A stretch of 30,654 bases of DNA from Thermomicrobiales bacterium. GTDB lineage: Bacteria > Chloroflexota > Chloroflexia > Thermomicrobiales > UBA6265. The notes under the pieces were generated by a model, which saw only the letters and a program-made list of their open reading frames with translations, was not told the origin of the DNA and ran no database searches. The position numbers and the translations under genes were made by a program. The stretch spans positions 1 to 30,654 of the forward strand of contig JBBSNJ010000001.1 of assembly GCA_038232775.1 (NCBI GenBank), read 5' to 3'. Positions 24,608-30,654 of this stretch are shown one piece after another; the stretch's first letter is position 1, and each line of letters starts with the position of its first letter.

Positions 24608-25612
24608 CTACTCCGCGGCCACGCCCATCTCGTTGATCAGCGCCTCGAACTGCACGTACTCCTCATCCAGGAAGGCGCGGAACTCGTCGGGCGGCAAATA
24701 GGCGGAGCTCAACGAGTTGACGTCGATGTACTCGGTCTGCCACGGCTCCGACTCGGAGAGCGTTTTCAGCGCGTCGGCCCAGTATTGCACCGCTGCCGGG
24801 TCCATCTCCGGCGGTCCGAACACCCCCCGCATCTGTTGGTAGACCGCGTCGATGCCCTTCTCCTTCATCGTCGGCACGTCGGGGAGCGCCGCCAGGCGCT
24901 CATCACCGGCGACCGCGAGGGCTCGGATCTCGCCCGCCTCCAACTGCCCGATGATCTCGTTCGGGTTGGCGGAGGCGACGTCAATATGGCCGCCGAGCAG
25001 CGCCGCCTGGACTTCTCCGCCGCTCTCGAAGCTGATGTAGTTCAGACTGGCATCGCTCTCGTTCTCGATCTGGGCGAGGAGCAAGCTGTCCTCGCCGCCC
25101 AGGCCCGAACCGCCCCAACTGACTTCGTCCGGCGTGGCCTTCCCCGCCTCGATCAACTCCTCGATCGTGGTGAACTCCGAGTCGGCCGACACGATCACCA
25201 GCAGTTGATCGAGCGCCATTCGCGCGATCGGGGTATAGAGCTCGTATCGGTCTTCGGAGCCGAGGATCAAGGGGTTGGTGAGGATGCTCGTCGTAACCGT
25301 CATCAGCACGTAGTCGTTCCCCGTCTTGCCGAGGACATACGTGCCGCCGATCGTGCCGCCGCCTCCTTCGCGGTTGACGACGTTGATCGGTGCTTCGACG
25401 ATCCCCTGAGATTGGAGCATCGAGGTGATGGTCCGGGAGAAGTTGTCCGAACCGCCGCCGGGCGAGAAGGGGACGACGAACTCGACCGCCTTATCGGGGT
25501 AGTCGGCAGGCACGTCGCGAGCCAGGCTTGGGCGGGCGGCGGGCAAGAGCGTGCCAACGCCGATCACCGACAGGAGCAGGCGGCGAGACAAGGGTCGCGG
25601 TGATCGGGACAT
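24608..25612 (-). CDS. tctC: Tripartite tricarboxylate transporter substrate-binding protein (Bug/TctC)
   Basis: YPDKAVEFVVPFSPGGGSD, GGGGTIG, VPTMKE; AAGGAG SD then ATG at 25612; twin-arginine-like SRRLLL signal. Confidence 0.92.
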   Translation of the reverse strand: MSRSPRPLSRRLLLSVIGVGTLLPAARPSLARDVPADYPDKAVEFVVPFSPGGGSDNFSRTITSMLQSQGIVEAPINVVNREGGGGTIGGTYVLGKTGNDYVLMTVTTSILTNPLILGSEDRYELYTPIARMALDQLLVIVSADSEFTTIEELIEAGKATPDEVSWGGSGLGGEDSLLLAQIENESDASLNYISFESGGEVQAALLGGHIDVASANPNEIIGQLEAGEIRALAVAGDERLAALPDVPTMKEKGIDAVYQQMRGVFGPPEMDPAAVQYWADALKTLSESEPWQTEYIDVNSLSSAYLPPDEFRAFLDEEYVQFEALINEMGVAAE

Positions 25613-25998
25613 GATCGTCAACTCCTTCTCGTTCTGAGCGTCATCGCTCGGCCATGAACCGCTGAAGGGAGCCTTTTGTCGTTCTGTCCGGAATCTCTCG
25701 CTTCGGGTGGTGATGTAGCGCCGGATTCTATCGGCGTCGTTCGGCCGTGTCAAGCAGGGTGAAGATCGAAGGGGCGCTCCCGGATGTCGGGTTTGGCTCC
25801 GCCGGGGGAGGATCGGGTCGGGGCTGGCGCCACATAGACCGTTGCCCATGCCAAAGGGCGCCCGGACGGCTCGCCCACCCGGCAGGATCGGCGGGCCCCA
25901 TCCCCGACCTGGAACGGTGCCGCGCTCCCGAGGATCGTAACGGTGGGGTCGGGCGAGGGATCGATCATCCGGTGCCCCGCAACCCGCGCCAGCCCCAA

Positions 25999-26007
25999 TG
26001 CTATACT
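25999..26007 (+). promoter_or_regulatory. Extended -10 element (TG-C-TATACT) upstream of the M20 peptidase-dinG pair
   Basis: Motif match about 80 nt before the TTG start. Confidence 0.5.
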
Positions 26008-26088
26008 CCAGGCCGCCAGCCGAAGCCGCACCGAGGCAGGAAGCGGCCCTGCTCGCCCTGATCCACATCCATCGGAATTGAGCTCCCG

Positions 26089-27275
26089 TTGACTGCCGCC
26101 CCCGCCCTCCTGCCAACCATCCCGGCTGAGCGCATCGCCGCCGTCCAAGCCGCGGCCACCGCCGCCGCCAGCCGCGTCGTCGACCTCGCGGCCCGCATTG
26201 CCGCCGTCCCGGCCCCGACCGGCGACGAGGGCGACCGCTCGCGCGACGTCGCCGCCCTCCTCGCCGAGGACGGGGTAGAGCGGAGCGTCGACGACTTGGG
26301 CGACGTCGTCGCCGTCCTCCCCGGAGCGCGCCGCGATGGGCCGGCGGTGTTGCTCGCGGCCCACCTCGACACGGTTTTCTCGAGGCAGACAGAGCTGCCG
26401 ATCCGGCGCGATGACCGCCACCTTCACGGCCCCGGCGTCGGCGACAACAGTTTGGGGGTCGCCGCGGTCCTGGCGCTGCCGGGTCTGCTGCGCGCGGCCG
26501 GGCTCGAGCCGGAGGTCGATCTGCTGCTGACCGGCAACGTTGGCGAGGAGGGGCTCGGCAATCTGCGCGGGATGCGGGCCGTGATGGACGCCCACCCCCG
26601 GATCGCCGCCGCCATCGCCGTCGAGGGGCACAACCTCGGCCGCGTCACCCATGTCGCCGTGGGTAGCCGTCGCCTGCGACTGGTCGCCCGCGGCCCCGGC
26701 GGCCACAGTTGGGGCGACTTCGGCCGCCCGAGCGCCGTCCACGCGCTCGCCCGCGTCGTCGCCGATCTGGCCGCCCTGCCGCTCCCCCGCGCGCCGAAGA
26801 CGACCCTGAACGTCGGGATGATCGAGGGGGGCGTCTCGGTCAACTCGATCGCGCCGGCCGCGTCCTGTCTGGTCGATCTGCGCTCGGTCGACGCGGCCGC
26901 GCTGAGCCGACTCACCGAGCGCGTCGACGCGGTCGTCGCGGCTCACCAGGGGGGAGTCAGCGTCACCAGCGAGCTGCTCGGCGAGCGCCCGGCCGGTGTC
27001 GTCCCCTTCGAGAGCTCGATCGTCCGGCTCGCCGCCGCGGCCCTCGCTGCGCTCGGCGTCGATGTCGCCTACGACGCCTCGAGCACCGATGCCAACGTCC
27101 CGATCGCCCGCGGCATCCCCGCCGTCTGCCTCGGGTTGACCACCGGTGGCAACGTCCACCGCGAGGACGAGTACGTCGACCTGGCGCCTGTCGCGACCGG
27201 CGTTGCTCAACTCGCCCTCGTCGCCCTCGGTCTGGCCGATGCCCTCGCCGCGGGCACCCTCGCCCCGATCGGGCG

Positions 27276-27279
<4 letters not shown>
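26089..27279 (+). CDS. M20/M25/M40 family metallo-hydrolase
   Basis: AAHLDTV, GPGVGDN, GEEG, VEG and NVH metal-binding motifs; central dimerisation domain; TTG start uncertain. Confidence 0.88.
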
Positions 27280-30170
<2,891 letters not shown>

Positions 30171-30472
30171 GGTTGGACGGCGACGCGGCCGATTCGAGGC
30201 GATCGAGGAATCCGTCCCCTCTTGACGCTCGACGGATTCCTCGACCAGTTCGGAAGGCTTGGGACGGAGGAGCTCCGGGCTCGCCCGTTGGACCAAAGGC
30301 GGCAGCGCACGGGTAGTCGCGGTACTCTCAAGGAGCGCCGGCGACCGGACCTTGGCCTTCGATCCCCGATGCTGCGTTCGTTCGGGCGGTCGCGGCGGGC
30401 TCAGTTCAGACCGAGAGGATTGCCCTCCGACGGCAAACAGACCGAGCGAACCACGAGAAAACGAGGCACCCC

Positions 30473-30654
30473 ATGAGCGAGATCCTTGGCCGCAACCTCG
30501 CCCTCGAGCTCGTCCGCGTCACCGAGGCGGCGGCGTTGACTGCTGGCCGCTGGATGGGTCGCGGCGACAAGGAGGCGGCCGACCAGGCCGCGGTCGACGC
30601 CATGCGGCTCGTCCTCGACTCGATCGCTATGGAGGGCGTCGTCGTCATCGGCGA
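30473..30654 (+). CDS. glpX: Class II fructose-1,6-bisphosphatase, 5' end (truncated by window edge)
   Basis: [45 protein letters not shown]...GVVVIG, the GlpX N-terminus; missing from the supplied ORF track. Confidence 0.92.
   Translation, partial: MSEILGRNLALELVRVTEAAALTAGRWMGRGDKEAADQAAVDAMRLVLDSIAMEGVVVIG

Noticed and set aside
30171-30472. Riboswitch or small gene in the dinG-glpX gap
   Set aside because: No recognisable conserved RNA motif or credible ORF; 30222-30476 lacks an SD and coding-like composition.

Overview
A very GC-rich bacterial chromosomal segment. The gene set, the large SRP RNA and the 'ATPA' linkers in a secreted protein suggest Chloroflexota/Thermomicrobiales; this is inference, not a database result. 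Housekeeping genes: 3' end of cmk, plsC, obgE, large (Alu-containing) SRP RNA, sdhAB, an exonuclease-DinG fusion and the 5' end of glpX. Accessory block at about 3.6-12 kb: two different IS5-family elements, a membrane-anchored secreted protein, an unusual secreted PQQ dehydrogenase fused to a ligand-less cupredoxin-like domain and a spondin domain, and an OmpR-type two-component pair, with a helically phased repeat array between the regulator and the dehydrogenase. Organic-acid catabolic block at about 15-25.6 kb: sdhAB without adjacent sdhC/D, two class III CoA-transferases, a gamma-carbonic anhydrase-like protein, a crotonase lacking both canonical glutamates, and TctCBA. Several intergenic repeat families are present: GTAG-type REP-like units, CCCTCTCCC/GGGAGAGGG palindromes and heptamer arrays. 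No CRISPR array, tRNA or rRNA was found.
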